This document shows positions 43,227 through 53,314 of a stretch of 64,000 nucleotides of DNA, piece after piece. Both the position numbers and the translations under genes were made by a program. The notes under the pieces were generated by a model. The model ran no database searches, was not told the origin of the DNA, and saw only the letters and a list, made by a program, of their open reading frames with translations. This stretch comes from Candidatus Babeliales bacterium (GTDB lineage Bacteria; Babelota; Babeliae; Babelales; JANWKD01): NCBI GenBank assembly GCA_963722075.1, contig CAVRJM010000001.1:1210864-1274863 (forward strand), in the 5' to 3' direction. The number at the start of each line of letters is the position of its first letter. The stretch's first letter is position 1.

Positions 43227-45035
43227 TTATTCTTCGGATTCATTATCACGGCGTGCGGCATGTTTTTCAAGCTCAATTTGAAGCATTGATTTTGGCTTAG
43301 TTGTTTGTTCAGATCTTTTATCTTTATTGCGTGATGGTTTTTCGCTGATGAAAGATTCTTTTTTTGCTTTCTTTTCTCTTGATTCATCTTCATCCGTTAA
43401 TTTTAAGCTTAAGCCAAGTTTATGTTCTTCTTTGCTTACCTTAATAACACGGAATGGATATTTTTGGCCAACTTTAAGAATGTCATTAACATTATCAACA
43501 TTATTCTTAGAAAGTTCAGAAACATGAACGAGGCCTTCGATACCGATCGGAAGCTTAATGAAGGCACCAAAATTGGTTATTTTAGAAACTTCACCTTCAA
43601 TAATAGTTCCTATTGGATATTGTTGTTCGATGAGTTCCCATGGATTAGGCTGTAACTGTTTGATTCCTAATGCGATGCGTTTATTTTCTTCATCAACACT
43701 GAGAACAACTGCTTCTACTTCTTGACCCTTTTTATAGATATCTGCTGGATGAGTAATGTGTTCGGTCCAAGAAAGATCTGAAATATGAACAAGGCCATCG
43801 ATACCAGGCAGTAATTGTACAAAAATACCAAAATCGGTAATGTTACTGATTTGGCCTTTTATTCGTTGCCCTACTTTAAATTGTTCACCAATTGCTTGCC
43901 ATGGATTTTTTTGAAGCTGCTTAATACTGAGCGACATGCGGCGATTGTCTTTATCTAAGGAAACAATTAACACCTCAATAGTGTCGCCAACTCTAAAATG
44001 TTTATGAAGATCATGAATACGATCGGTCCAAGAAATTTCTGAAATATGAACAAGGCCTTCAACGCCTTTTTGAATTTCTACAAAGAGACCGTAATCAGTA
44101 ATGCTTGAAATTCTTCCTTTAACCTGTGCGCCCACTTTAATATCTTCAGGAATGGTTGCCCATGGATTATCAGTAAGCTGCTTCATGCCAAGGGAGATCT
44201 TTTCAGTATCTTTATCAAAGGAAAGTACTTTAACGGTAACCTTATCCCCGATTTTTACTAGTTCACTTGGATGGGTTATTCTACCCCAGGTCATATCAGT
44301 AATATGAAGGAGGCCGTCAACGCCACCAATGTCTATAAAGACACCATAATTGGTAATGTTTTTAACGATTCCCTGAATAACGGAGCCTTCTTTAAGTCCT
44401 TCAAGGATCTTCTTACGTGATTCTTGTCGTTGGTCATTGAGGAATTTACGACGAGAAATAATAACATTTCCACGTTTTTGATTAATTTTTATAATGTACG
44501 CGGTAATAGATTGGCCTACGTATTGATCAAAATCAGCAACGCGCTGTACATCAACTTGCGATCCAGGCAAGAATGCTGGGATGCCAATATCGACGCTTAA
44601 GCCACCACGTACCTTGTGGGTTACAATACCTTCTACCGGTTTATTTTCTTCAAATAGTTTAGTGATATGATCCCACGCACGTAATGCTTTAGCTTTTTCA
44701 TAAGAGAGGCTTAAATTGCCTTCAATATTCTCAATCTCATCAAGAATTACTTCTATTTCTGATTGTGGGGCTAATTTTTTGAGCTCATGTTCAGAGAATT
44801 CATATAATGGAATTAAACCAAGGGATTTATAACCAATATCAACTAAAACACCATTTTGATCGATAGAAACAGCTCTTCCTATAACTATTTTACCTGGTTT
44901 GAATTTATCTACGATACCATTGTAAATAGCGTTTAATTCTTGCAGTTGTTCTTGATTAAAATCGACTAATGGTTCGTTACTCCAATCTTTTTTAATATGG
45001 GCAAATTGGGTACTTTTTATGACTTCTTTGGACAT
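43227..45035 (-). CDS. rpsA: 30S ribosomal protein S1
   Basis: 602 aa with six S1 domains, seen as a repeated G.V..i..fG.F..l..g..GL.H.S pattern. The C-terminal tail is charged. Confidence 0.9.
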   Translation of the reverse strand: MSKEVIKSTQFAHIKKDWSNEPLVDFNQEQLQELNAIYNGIVDKFKPGKIVIGRAVSIDQNGVLVDIGYKSLGLIPLYEFSEHELKKLAPQSEIEVILDEIENIEGNLSLSYEKAKALRAWDHITKLFEENKPVEGIVTHKVRGGLSVDIGIPAFLPGSQVDVQRVADFDQYVGQSITAYIIKINQKRGNVIISRRKFLNDQRQESRKKILEGLKEGSVIQGIVKNITNYGVFIDIGGVDGLLHITDMTWGRITHPSELVKIGDKVTVKVLSFDKDTEKISLGMKQLTDNPWATIPEDIKVGAQVKGRISSITDYGLFVEIQKGVEGLVHISEISWTDRIHDLHKHFRVGDTIEVLIVSLDKDNRRMSLSIKQLQKNPWQAIGEQFKVGQRIKGQISNITDFGIFVQLLPGIDGLVHISDLSWTEHITHPADIYKKGQEVEAVVLSVDEENKRIALGIKQLQPNPWELIEQQYPIGTIIEGEVSKITNFGAFIKLPIGIEGLVHVSELSKNNVDNVNDILKVGQKYPFRVIKVSKEEHKLGLSLKLTDEDESREKKAKKESFISEKPSRNKDKRSEQTTKPKSMLQIELEKHAARRDNESEE

Positions 45036-45149
45036 TCAGTGCTCGTAAAGGGTTTAAGGGTTAACAAAATACAAATATTGTAAAGTTTAACATCAAATTG
45101 AGAAATTGACAAATCTCATAAGTGCTTTATTGAATATTTGCAACGATTT

Positions 45150-46952
45150 TTATTCGGCTTGGGAATGGTCACTATTTTGGGTTGCTTGTTTTTTCCATAA
45201 GCGAGCATAAAGACCGTCCTTTTTAATGAGTTCTTCATGGGTACCTTGCTCCACAATAATACCGTGTTCCAGCACTATAATAGAATCAGCATGGGTTACC
45301 GTGGAAAGGCGATGGGCAATAATCACCGTGGTTGATCCAGCAGAAATTTCCTCTAGATTCTTTTGAATTTCCCGTTCCGTTTTAGTGTCTAAGGCAGAAG
45401 TAGCCTCATCAAACACATAAATAAGGGGCTTCTTTAATAATACACGAGCGATGGCTACGCGTTGCTTTTCACCGCCTGAGAGTTTAAGCCCCCGCTCACC
45501 AACAACTGTTTTTAAGCCTTCGGGTAACTGTTTAATAAACGTATCAAGATGTGCTAAATAAGCAGCATGTTCTATTTCTTGGGCAGTGGCGTCAGGGCGC
45601 CCGTAGGCGATATTGTAATAAAGCGTATTATTAAAAAGAACGGTATCTTGAGGGACAATACCAATCAATTTTTGTAATGATTGTTGGGTAATAGTGCGGA
45701 CATCATGCTTATTAATTAAAATAGAACCGCCCGTAACGTCATAAAATCGATATAATAACCGTGCAATGGTCGATTTGCCTGACCCACTGGGGCCTACAAT
45801 TGCTACTGAAGAACCAGCAGGAACATTAAAGGAAACATTTTTTAAAATGGGCCGTAAGGGATTATACCCAAAGCTTACTTTGTCAAAGATAATTTCAGCA
45901 TGATTTGTTTTAAGGGTAATCGAATTGGGTGCATCGACTATTTCGGGTTTAATATGGAGCATAGCAAAAATATTCTCCATATCAGTTAATCCTTTGCGAA
46001 TTTTACGTAAAAAATAGCCAAACCAACTTAATGGTTGAACAAATTGTAAAAGATATCCATTAACTAAAATAAAATCCCCAACATTCATGGTGCCATTTAT
46101 GACGCTATTTCCTGAAAACCAGGTTAAAATAATAAGTCCGGTGCCTATAACGACGCCTTGTATTAAATGAACCGATTCAGAAGCAACATATTTCTTTGTG
46201 GTGGCATCTTCAACTTCTTGTAATAGCTGATCCACTTGCTGACGTTCAAATTCTTGGTTGCCAAAATATTTTACGGTTTCAAAGTTTAAAAGGCTATCAA
46301 CGATACGTGCTTGCGCTGAAAAATGCTTTTCATTGCTTATGCGCTGTACATTTGCTGACCATTCAGAACCAATAATGCTAAAAGCGGTATAAATAACTAA
46401 AATAATTAATAAAATGAGTCCATAGAGGCTGCCATAAAATGACCATAAAATAGTAATGGCAACTAAAATTTCGATAATGGTTGGAATCAATGATAAAAAG
46501 AGACCCCAAAAAATATCAGGAAATGAATCTTGTGCTCGTTCAATAGCGCTGGTAATGGCGCCCGTACGGCGATCTAAATGGAAACGCAATGAAAGGTAAT
46601 GAAAATGCGCAAATATTTTAATACTAATTAAATGAATTGCATGTGACATTACCCTAAATAAAACTATTTCTCGTAATTGAAAGGTAATCTGGCTCAATAG
46701 CCATAAAAAGCCATATGACAATAATAATAGTTGTATATAAACGGGGGCAGCTTGAGCAGTAAAGAGGGTGATAATTTTTTTTAATATAAGCGGCACTGAA
46801 ATATTTAATACCATAGTGGTGATAATAAAAAATATGGAAATAAAAATACGTAATCGTAAATGCCAACTATGGGTCCATAAATAAGGGAATAATTGCACAA
46901 TTATTTTTAATGGGCTTCGCTGAGATTGTTTTTTAGAAAGTAATCGAGTCAT
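45150..46952 (-). CDS. ABC transporter permease/ATPase, ABCB/ATM1-like exporter
   Basis: 600 aa with an N-terminal 6-TM region. Walker A is GPSGSGKST, the signature is LSGGEKQRVAIARVLLKKP, and Walker B is IYVFDEATSALD. Confidence 0.85.
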   Translation of the reverse strand: MTRLLSKKQSQRSPLKIIVQLFPYLWTHSWHLRLRIFISIFFIITTMVLNISVPLILKKIITLFTAQAAPVYIQLLLLSYGFLWLLSQITFQLREIVLFRVMSHAIHLISIKIFAHFHYLSLRFHLDRRTGAITSAIERAQDSFPDIFWGLFLSLIPTIIEILVAITILWSFYGSLYGLILLIILVIYTAFSIIGSEWSANVQRISNEKHFSAQARIVDSLLNFETVKYFGNQEFERQQVDQLLQEVEDATTKKYVASESVHLIQGVVIGTGLIILTWFSGNSVINGTMNVGDFILVNGYLLQFVQPLSWFGYFLRKIRKGLTDMENIFAMLHIKPEIVDAPNSITLKTNHAEIIFDKVSFGYNPLRPILKNVSFNVPAGSSVAIVGPSGSGKSTIARLLYRFYDVTGGSILINKHDVRTITQQSLQKLIGIVPQDTVLFNNTLYYNIAYGRPDATAQEIEHAAYLAHLDTFIKQLPEGLKTVVGERGLKLSGGEKQRVAIARVLLKKPLIYVFDEATSALDTKTEREIQKNLEEISAGSTTVIIAHRLSTVTHADSIIVLEHGIIVEQGTHEELIKKDGLYARLWKKQATQNSDHSQAE

Positions 46953-47016
46953 ACGTTTTTCCTTAGTAGGTATTGTAATGAGTATAACTCGTAAGCAAGA
47001 GAAACAACAATGTTAT

Positions 47017-47316
47017 TTATTGATTAGAGTTTTGACCTGTATTTGGGGTAATAACATTTCTGACCGCTTCTTGATAAGGAACTCTTCCTTCTAATTCCGC
47101 GTCTTTGATTTTTTGAAAGTACTCCATTGCTTCAACCTGTTTATCGACGGGGATTAAATGATATTGATCTTCAAGTTCCGGGATTTTACTGAATCGTTTT
47201 GCTGATTCAGGACGATCGGGAGAACGAACCACGTATGATCTTTTTCTATTAATGATGGCGATGATGTATGAAAAGGTGAATGCTATCATCATTAAAAACA
47301 GTAGTTTTTTTGTCAT
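47017..47316 (-). CDS. membrane-anchored hypothetical protein
   Basis: The start is moved to ATG 47316 (MTKKLLFLMMIAFTFSYIIAII). No domain recognised. Confidence 0.45.
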   Translation of the reverse strand: MTKKLLFLMMIAFTFSYIIAIINRKRSYVVRSPDRPESAKRFSKIPELEDQYHLIPVDKQVEAMEYFQKIKDAELEGRVPYQEAVRNVITPNTGQNSNQ

Positions 47317-47448
47317 GATACAATCGCTTTGCTCGAATAGAAGTTGAAAATAAAACGTCGTTACGATCCGCCCCATACTAAGATTTGGCGAATATGTCTT
47401 TGCCAAAACAATCCAGCTTAATATTACATCAATAAAGTGAATATTATA

Positions 47449-47624
47449 GCCTGGAGCCGCCTTCGCTAAATCCAGCCGTCGCTAAAGCTATGGCGGAGTA
47501 AACAGCTTCGACGCCCAGGTCCCCACGACGCCTTGTTCGCCGAAACCTATAGGTGAAGACTGGATCGGGACGACGATGGTCGAAAACAAAAGAACGTCGT
47601 TGCGAGCTTGTCGAAGCAATCCAG
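47449..47624. repeat. GC-rich intergenic repeat cluster (copy E, composite)
   Basis: The left part resembles copy D. The right part, CTGGATCGGGACGAC-N21-GTCGTTGCGAGCTTGTCGAAGCAATCCAG, is nearly identical to copy C. The 72-aa ORF 47444..47662 is an artefact of this repeat. Confidence 0.6.
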
Positions 47625-47695
47625 GAATATTTTAAACATCGATGACTTATTACTAATAACAATAATAACTAAAAACAAACACCAAAAACAATGCT

Positions 47696-47866
47696 TTAAC
47701 TGATTAATTGAGGTAATTCTTGCAAGGCTTCTTGAAACGGCATCACGGTAATACCGTCATGGTATTCTTTATGAGAACCTAAAAGCAAACAATATAATTT
47801 TGCTTGTGGGTAATCTTGGGCAAATTCTTTAAGGCATTGGGCGTAATGCACAATAAACACCAGCAT
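47696..47866 (-). pseudogene. possible C-terminal gene remnant (57 codons)
   Basis: Read by eye: MLVFIVHYAQCLKEFAQDYPQAKLYCLLLGSHKEYHDGITVMPFQEALQELPQLIS*. It begins inside a perfect hairpin (AAACACCAGCATCAAAAA/TTTTTGATGCTGGTGTTT). The family is not identified. Confidence 0.25.
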
Positions 47867-47983
47867 CAAAAAAATAGAATTTTTGATGCTGGTGTTTATC
47901 GTTTGGCTCGATGAGTAAAAGGAAAAATTCTATTTGCTAGTAGTAAGTCAAATTTGTTGGATTGCCTATCAAAAATTTAAAAT

Positions 47984-48388
47984 TTAATTATCAAATGCTG
48001 ATTTGTGGCCATTATATTGGAATGGGCGGTAAATGCCATATGCCATATCATCCCATATTTCATGAGCTCTTTTTTCTATATGAGGGTAAATATGGTTATA
48101 ATAAAACCTATCAGGTGATTGGTTGGTTTCGCCTACATATCCTTCAATCATGAATCGAACTTCTCTTTGAATTGCGCGTGTTACATACTGATGTGATACC
48201 CAGGCATTGTTCTTAACAGCTGCTTTGGCAGTCATCCCTGCGTCCTTTACACACTGATCGATAATAGGTTTGAATTGGGTTACTCTGTTTTGTAAGATTT
48301 CTAATGAGCTACCATAGGGTAGGATAGTTGCAATAGTTGTGTTAATTAATAAACAGATAAAAAGAAGTCTTTTTAAAGATATAAACAT
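47984..48388 (-). CDS. secreted hypothetical protein
   Basis: The start is moved to ATG 48388 (MFISLKRLLFICLLINTTIA) with AAAGGAAC upstream. Confidence 0.5.
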   Translation of the reverse strand: MFISLKRLLFICLLINTTIATILPYGSSLEILQNRVTQFKPIIDQCVKDAGMTAKAAVKNNAWVSHQYVTRAIQREVRFMIEGYVGETNQSPDRFYYNHIYPHIEKRAHEIWDDMAYGIYRPFQYNGHKSAFDN

Positions 48389-48619
48389 TGGATTGTTCCT
48401 TTCATAGCTCCTTTTATAATAACAATATATCACAATATTAAAATTTGTGAAAAAGGCTATTGGAACAGTGTTCTCGCTAAAGTCATAATTTCCTAAACAA
48501 TTGCGATTTAATGCTTGTTATAATTGAATAATTGACATATTTTCTATTAATTGTATATTTGAATATATCTAGGTAATCAAATCGAAATCTTACAATAAAA
48601 ATGAAAATGAAGGTTACAT

Positions 48620-49147
48620 ATGGTTAAGTTCAAGGTTCGTATTAGCTTATTTTTGCTATTATTCATCTCTCTTTTTTCTAATACTTTTGCCATGTCGCGC
48701 TTAGGCGTGCTGAATATTTTCCAGCAAGGAATTAAGAAAATTATACCTTATAAATACACAATTTGTGCTGGAATAGGGTTAACTGGGGCAGGAATTATAG
48801 GTTATTTATTATATAACAAGTTTTATCAGTCCATAATGCTAAAACACATTACTTATACGTTAAATTTAAATATGCCTTATGAATATGGTAACGGTTATTT
48901 TTATACAAAAAGCACAGATCTCTTTAAAGGCAAACGTGAGGAAATTACCTTACAAAAATATATAAGTGAGTGTGACTATATTAACGTAGTTTTAAAAAAA
49001 CAACATGAACTGGATGAAATTGACTGGACATTTAGAAATCAATTTTATGGACGATATATAGACAATGATAAAGAGCCATCAGATGACTTTCATCTGCACT
49101 ATTTAACAGGACTTACGCATTGGTCGAAAGTTCTGATTGGGACTTGA
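48620..49147 (+). CDS. membrane hypothetical protein, 3' end fused to/truncated by an IS
   Basis: The last 14 codons (TGLTHWSKVLIGT*) are encoded by the left end of IS-c, beginning at its terminal inverted repeat. Confidence 0.5.
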   Translation: MVKFKVRISLFLLLFISLFSNTFAMSRLGVLNIFQQGIKKIIPYKYTICAGIGLTGAGIIGYLLYNKFYQSIMLKHITYTLNLNMPYEYGNGYFYTKSTDLFKGKREEITLQKYISECDYINVVLKKQHELDEIDWTFRNQFYGRYIDNDKEPSDDFHLHYLTGLTHWSKVLIGT

Positions 49148-50253
49148 AATAAATAAAAAAGGGTGCTTCAATTTTGTGAATTAAACAACAAAAGCAAAAA
49201 AGAAGGACACCCGAAATGAGAATAACAAATACAAATGAAGAATCAAGCACACCAAAATATGTAATGGGTTTATTAAAAACAACGGCACGAAAAGTTTGCA
49301 CAAATATTTCTGAAACACTGGGAATAATGCATGATGTGCTCAATAGGGAAGTTGAAAAAGCAGCCCAGAATGCAGCAGAAATAACAAGCTCATTACAAAA
49401 TGTTGCTCTAGAAAGTCTTAGCAATTGCGAAAGATATTTGATAATCGATGATACTCCCGTAAATAAGCAATATGCTAACGATATTGAAGGATTAGAAATT
49501 GTTTATGATAGTAGTGAGAAAAGATCAGCTTTGGGATTACGGTCTGTAATTGGCATGATCACTGATACCAGAGTAAGAATACCGATTGATGCGGAGATTA
49601 TGATAAGCAAAGTATTTGGAGAAACCAATTACAAGACAAAAAGTGAAATTGCTTACATTATTATAGAGCGTGTTCTAGGATCAATTCGGTTTAATTGGTT
49701 AATTGCAGATGCCCATTATGCGACTGAATACCTTCTGCCAAAGCTTTTTAACAGGTCAATAAAATTTCTGATGAAAATTCCCAGAAATCGCGTTGTTACT
49801 ATTAACAATAAAACAGGACAATTGCAAAAAATTTTACGTTTGAAAAAAAATAACAGATTTGCTTGTGGATACGGCACTATTTTTGGTCTTTCCTGTTATT
49901 TCTATGTGTTAAAAATTGATAAGGAAAAAATTATGTATCTTATCAGTAGCCATCAGCTCGGCAAAGAGAAGCTAATTTCTACATATAAGATTCGTTGGCA
50001 AATTGAATGCTTCAATAGAACTGCCAAACAACTTCTTGGATTCAGCGAATGCCAAATGCGTTCTTTTAACATGCAGCGTGCGCATTTACTTTTCGTGTTA
50101 TGGGCTTATGCTTTAGCCGACATAAGGCGGGTAAAAGATAATTTCGACAATACTGAACAAGCTGTCAGATCCTTTCGGGTCGCAAAACCCCCTACACCAT
50201 CTAGTTTATTTTATGCTTTTAAAGAGAACTCTTATGCTCTTGCGTAAGTCCTG
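49107..50253 (+). mobile_element. insertion sequence related to IS-a (copy IS-c)
   Basis: The terminal inverted repeats (CAGGACTTACGCA ... TGCGTAAGTCCTG) match those of IS-a. The flanking hexamers differ (ATTTAA vs TGAGGA), so there is no target-site duplication. Confidence 0.7.
49216..50247 (+). CDS. DDE transposase, IS4 superfamily (diverged paralog of 9498..10523)
   Basis: 343 aa. The Y-x2-R-x3-E-x6-K signature is present as YKIRWQIECFNRTAK. Confidence 0.85.
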   Translation: MRITNTNEESSTPKYVMGLLKTTARKVCTNISETLGIMHDVLNREVEKAAQNAAEITSSLQNVALESLSNCERYLIIDDTPVNKQYANDIEGLEIVYDSSEKRSALGLRSVIGMITDTRVRIPIDAEIMISKVFGETNYKTKSEIAYIIIERVLGSIRFNWLIADAHYATEYLLPKLFNRSIKFLMKIPRNRVVTINNKTGQLQKILRLKKNNRFACGYGTIFGLSCYFYVLKIDKEKIMYLISSHQLGKEKLISTYKIRWQIECFNRTAKQLLGFSECQMRSFNMQRAHLLFVLWAYALADIRRVKDNFDNTEQAVRSFRVAKPPTPSSLFYAFKENSYALA

Positions 50254-50377
50254 TGAGGAGTAGAATTGATCGAAAACAGGTAAAAAACATATTTGGCTCC
50301 TTTTTTAAAAATATATGAATATAATTAACATGATTGATGAGAAAAAAGATAGCATTGAATAACTGCTAAGGAAAGTT

Positions 50378-50629
50378 ATGGATTTTGAAAAACTAAAACC
50401 ATTTTCTATGCAAGCGCAATCGCTGCAAAAGGGAAAGTACCGACATTATAAAGGGGATGATTATGAAGTTCTTTTTGTGGGCCGCCATACTGAGACGTTG
50501 GAAGAGTTGGTGGTATACCGTGCTTTATATGGTTCATATGACGTGTGGATACGGCCAATAACGCTTTTCTTTGAAGATGTAGAATTTAAAGAGGCAATAG
50601 TGCCGCGGTTTGAGCGTATTGGTGAATAA
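50378..50629 (+). CDS. DUF1653-like small protein
   Basis: YRHYKGDDYEVLFVGRHTETLEELVVYRALYG...WIRPITLFFEDVE matches my recollection of the DUF1653 consensus. Confidence 0.7.
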   Translation: MDFEKLKPFSMQAQSLQKGKYRHYKGDDYEVLFVGRHTETLEELVVYRALYGSYDVWIRPITLFFEDVEFKEAIVPRFERIGE

Positions 50630-50637
50630 ATTATAAG

Positions 50638-50976
50638 TTATCTTCCTCGTTGCATTGCAGCGGCATAACCAAATTCATTAAAATACTTTTGCCAAAATTC
50701 GTCAGTAAAAGAATATTGATTATCGTACATGAAGTAATCAATGAGGCATTCACGAGTGCGCAGTATTTCTTTAAGTCGTTTTCTATTTTTAGGATCAGCA
50801 ATTGTTAAATCTAACAATTCAATTACTCGTTCAAATGCAGATTGGCTATATTGAAGATCCCCTTTTTTTCTCCATTGGATTGTTCGCTCAACATCGCTCC
50901 CAATATTTGCTAATTGTTCCATAAGAGAGAACTTAAACCATCTGCCGGCTGCTAAGGTAGGATGATATACTTTCAT
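50638..50976 (-). CDS. conserved-looking hypothetical protein (112 aa)
   Basis: The ATGA start overlaps the stop of the upstream DUF5674-like frame. The protein is helical and charged. The family is not recognised. Confidence 0.55.
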   Translation of the reverse strand: MKVYHPTLAAGRWFKFSLMEQLANIGSDVERTIQWRKKGDLQYSQSAFERVIELLDLTIADPKNRKRLKEILRTRECLIDYFMYDNQYSFTDEFWQKYFNEFGYAAAMQRGR

Positions 50977-51313
50977 TTAATCACCAATTTATTAACGATA
51001 GTAATTATTTTTTTTCGAATTATTGGATCATCAATGTAACGGCTTCTATTATTTTGCGAAGGCCGAATATTTATCATAGAATCAAATTCTATCCAATCTT
51101 CAGAGGTTTTGAGGGGATAAATATTTATCCCCCAGAGATTTTCTTGTTGAGAGCCCATTTCTAATAGGAGTTCTTCTTGATCTGCATGAAGTCTGCATCA
51201 ACAACCATGATTTCTTTTTCAATATCAACAACAGCCTTTACCAAGTTGTTAAACATTTTGGATGCCATTGGCTTTAATTCTTCTAAGGAAATAGGTTCCT
51301 TGACAATATGCAT
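50973..51313 (-). pseudogene. DUF5674-like gene with a 1-nt frameshift
   Basis: The N-part (read by eye) is MHIVKEPISLEELKPMASKMFNNLVKAVVDIEKEIMVVDAD. The alternate frame continues LHADQEELLLEMGSQQENLWGINIYP...FDSMINIRPSQNNRSRYIDDP, which is the track ORF 50973..51158. The shift lies near 51185 and is not in a homopolymer. Confidence 0.6.
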
Positions 51314-51875
51314 AGACCCTCAAAATATTAAATATTTTAAATGCTCTTTAATTATACTACCGTTTTTATAGATTGTCTTGAGTATGCAATAGGTGGGGTT
51401 CTATAAGATTTTTATTATAAAAAATCAATCACTAGCAAGTACTACAAAACAGCAATAGCATGCTAAACAGGGAGTCATTAAGCATTTAGTGAATTTTTAA
51501 CAAAAACAATAAGCGTCTTCATTTCTCCCAACAATTACTGCAATCTCGCTGGGAATCGAGTGGAACATCTACTAAATTCTGCTGGTCTTCATTTAATAAT
51601 TGTATTGTTACATGATTACTTTTATTATCCATCCCATACATTTATATATAGGAAAATAACATTACAAACCAGAAAAGTTTTTTTTGCATAAGCTTCCTTT
51701 CTTTAAATTTCTGACCAATCTAGTAATCGATTAATGGATTTGTCAGAAAAAATATCATAAAAACAGGTTAGGAGGCAAAAAATATAAATTATCGTTTTCC
51801 TTCATTTTTTATTTTTTTATACTTGCTTTTAGAATTTATGGTATAAAATTCTGCTATTTCTGATATTAATAAAGG

Positions 51876-53138
51876 TTAGTTGATTTGGCCCATAAATTGT
51901 AACAAGTTAAGCCACTGCGAATCTTGGGCAAAAGTCGTTTTATAATAAGAACTATCAATAACATTGTATGGAAGATATATCGAAAGCCCGTACGCATTGT
52001 TTCTTGATTTAAATCCGCCACAATGAGCCACTGCCATATGAGAAACGGTTTCGTAAAAATCGTTAAAAGCTTTTTTTAAATGATCATCGTAATATTCTAA
52101 TGGTAATTGTTCTTCTACTAATTTGATGAATGCAACCATATCGGTATACATTGGCCACATGCAAAAGCGAGGAGCTCTATTGCATGCCTGTTCTAGGATT
52201 GGTTTAATTTCAGGAATTTCAAGTAATAAAGTAAGTACCGCATCAAATTTTTCACGAACTTGATTTACTACTGAAAGATCTACGGCGGCATGGGTATAAA
52301 CTCCTGATACATCATTTTTTGTGTAATAAGAATCAAAAGCTTTTACCATCTGTGCAGCTAATTGAGCGGGTGAGGGATTAGAATTTATGAAACTAATGAT
52401 TGGTTCATAATTAAACCCATCGCGTAATGAACAACTTTGGTTGCCTACTAAATAGTGTGCATAGGGAGCACATTGATAGGCAATTTCAACCATGGCTCCC
52501 ATGCAGGTATCAAAAGCAAGGATATCGATTTTTTTGCCATTAAGAATGTTTTGAGTAATAAATGCTAAGCTTTTTATCAATTTTTTATTTGTAAGATATT
52601 GGTGAGCATTGTCGTTAAACATAAAGCCGCGATGATTTTTATGTTCTTCTAATTGCTGAACAAATGAACGCTTAATGCTGCAGGGGCCTTCAATAGGGCA
52701 TGAGTTATTGCTTGCATTATGTACCGATTCCCATTGTTCTGATTCAGTATTCCATATGGGATCTAAGATGCCCCAGCCATGATTAGATAAAATGAGCATG
52801 GTGTGTTCTGCGTCGTCATTTTTAAATGCCCATTGAGCTGCATTAATAAAATCATTAAAGGGATTACCGCTTAAATTAACTTCTTCAATAAAATGTAAAT
52901 TATTATTGCTGATGCGGTATCGTAGCCCTGCATTATAATAGGCATGTACCTGAATAAGAAGTTCTATGGAATCATTTGGGTTGCCGCGCATCATATCAGT
53001 GATATTTTTAATTGCCATGTCACTCAAATCATCACTTGAATCCATGTAAATAAAAATATTCCAGGAATGTGCTATTAATGGATTGTAAGTAAATGATGCG
53101 ATAATCAATGCAAGAAAGAAAATAGATGTGCGATTCAT
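51876..53138 (-). CDS. secreted clostripain-like cysteine peptidase (family C11)
   Basis: The start is moved to ATG 53138 (GGGAGA upstream; MNRTSIFFLALIIASF). WNIFIYMDSSDDL, LILSNHGWG (His-Gly) and ILAFDTCMGAMVE (catalytic Cys context) are present. Confidence 0.75.
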   Translation of the reverse strand: MNRTSIFFLALIIASFTYNPLIAHSWNIFIYMDSSDDLSDMAIKNITDMMRGNPNDSIELLIQVHAYYNAGLRYRISNNNLHFIEEVNLSGNPFNDFINAAQWAFKNDDAEHTMLILSNHGWGILDPIWNTESEQWESVHNASNNSCPIEGPCSIKRSFVQQLEEHKNHRGFMFNDNAHQYLTNKKLIKSLAFITQNILNGKKIDILAFDTCMGAMVEIAYQCAPYAHYLVGNQSCSLRDGFNYEPIISFINSNPSPAQLAAQMVKAFDSYYTKNDVSGVYTHAAVDLSVVNQVREKFDAVLTLLLEIPEIKPILEQACNRAPRFCMWPMYTDMVAFIKLVEEQLPLEYYDDHLKKAFNDFYETVSHMAVAHCGGFKSRNNAYGLSIYLPYNVIDSSYYKTTFAQDSQWLNLLQFMGQIN

Positions 53139-53314
53139 AATAATTCTCCCTAAAAATTTATCCCTATCCAAATAAATATAATTAATGATGTAAATTTTTC
53201 TCAATAAAATGTTATTTTCCACGGCATTCATACAGCTGTAAACGTTTGATCTTACCATATAAAAATGGTAAATCTTGAAAAGTTGAATTCAATTTTTGTT
53301 TAAAGGGAATAGTA

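Noticed and set aside
43327-44307. Plus-strand ORFs 43327..43527, 43422..43655 and 44101..44307.
   Set aside because: They are antisense to rpsA, which is supported by six S1-domain repeats.
47444-47662. 72-aa ORF.
   Set aside because: It lies entirely within the GC-rich repeat cluster (copy E). The translation (…ALATAGFSEGGSRL) is the typical by-product of such repeats.
51177-51371. 64-aa plus-strand ORF. Also 53212..53454, 1407..1589, 2562..2774, 3703..3909 and 4353..4622.
   Set aside because: Each is antisense to, or overlaps, a better-supported gene or gene remnant. They are short AT-rich frames with no features.
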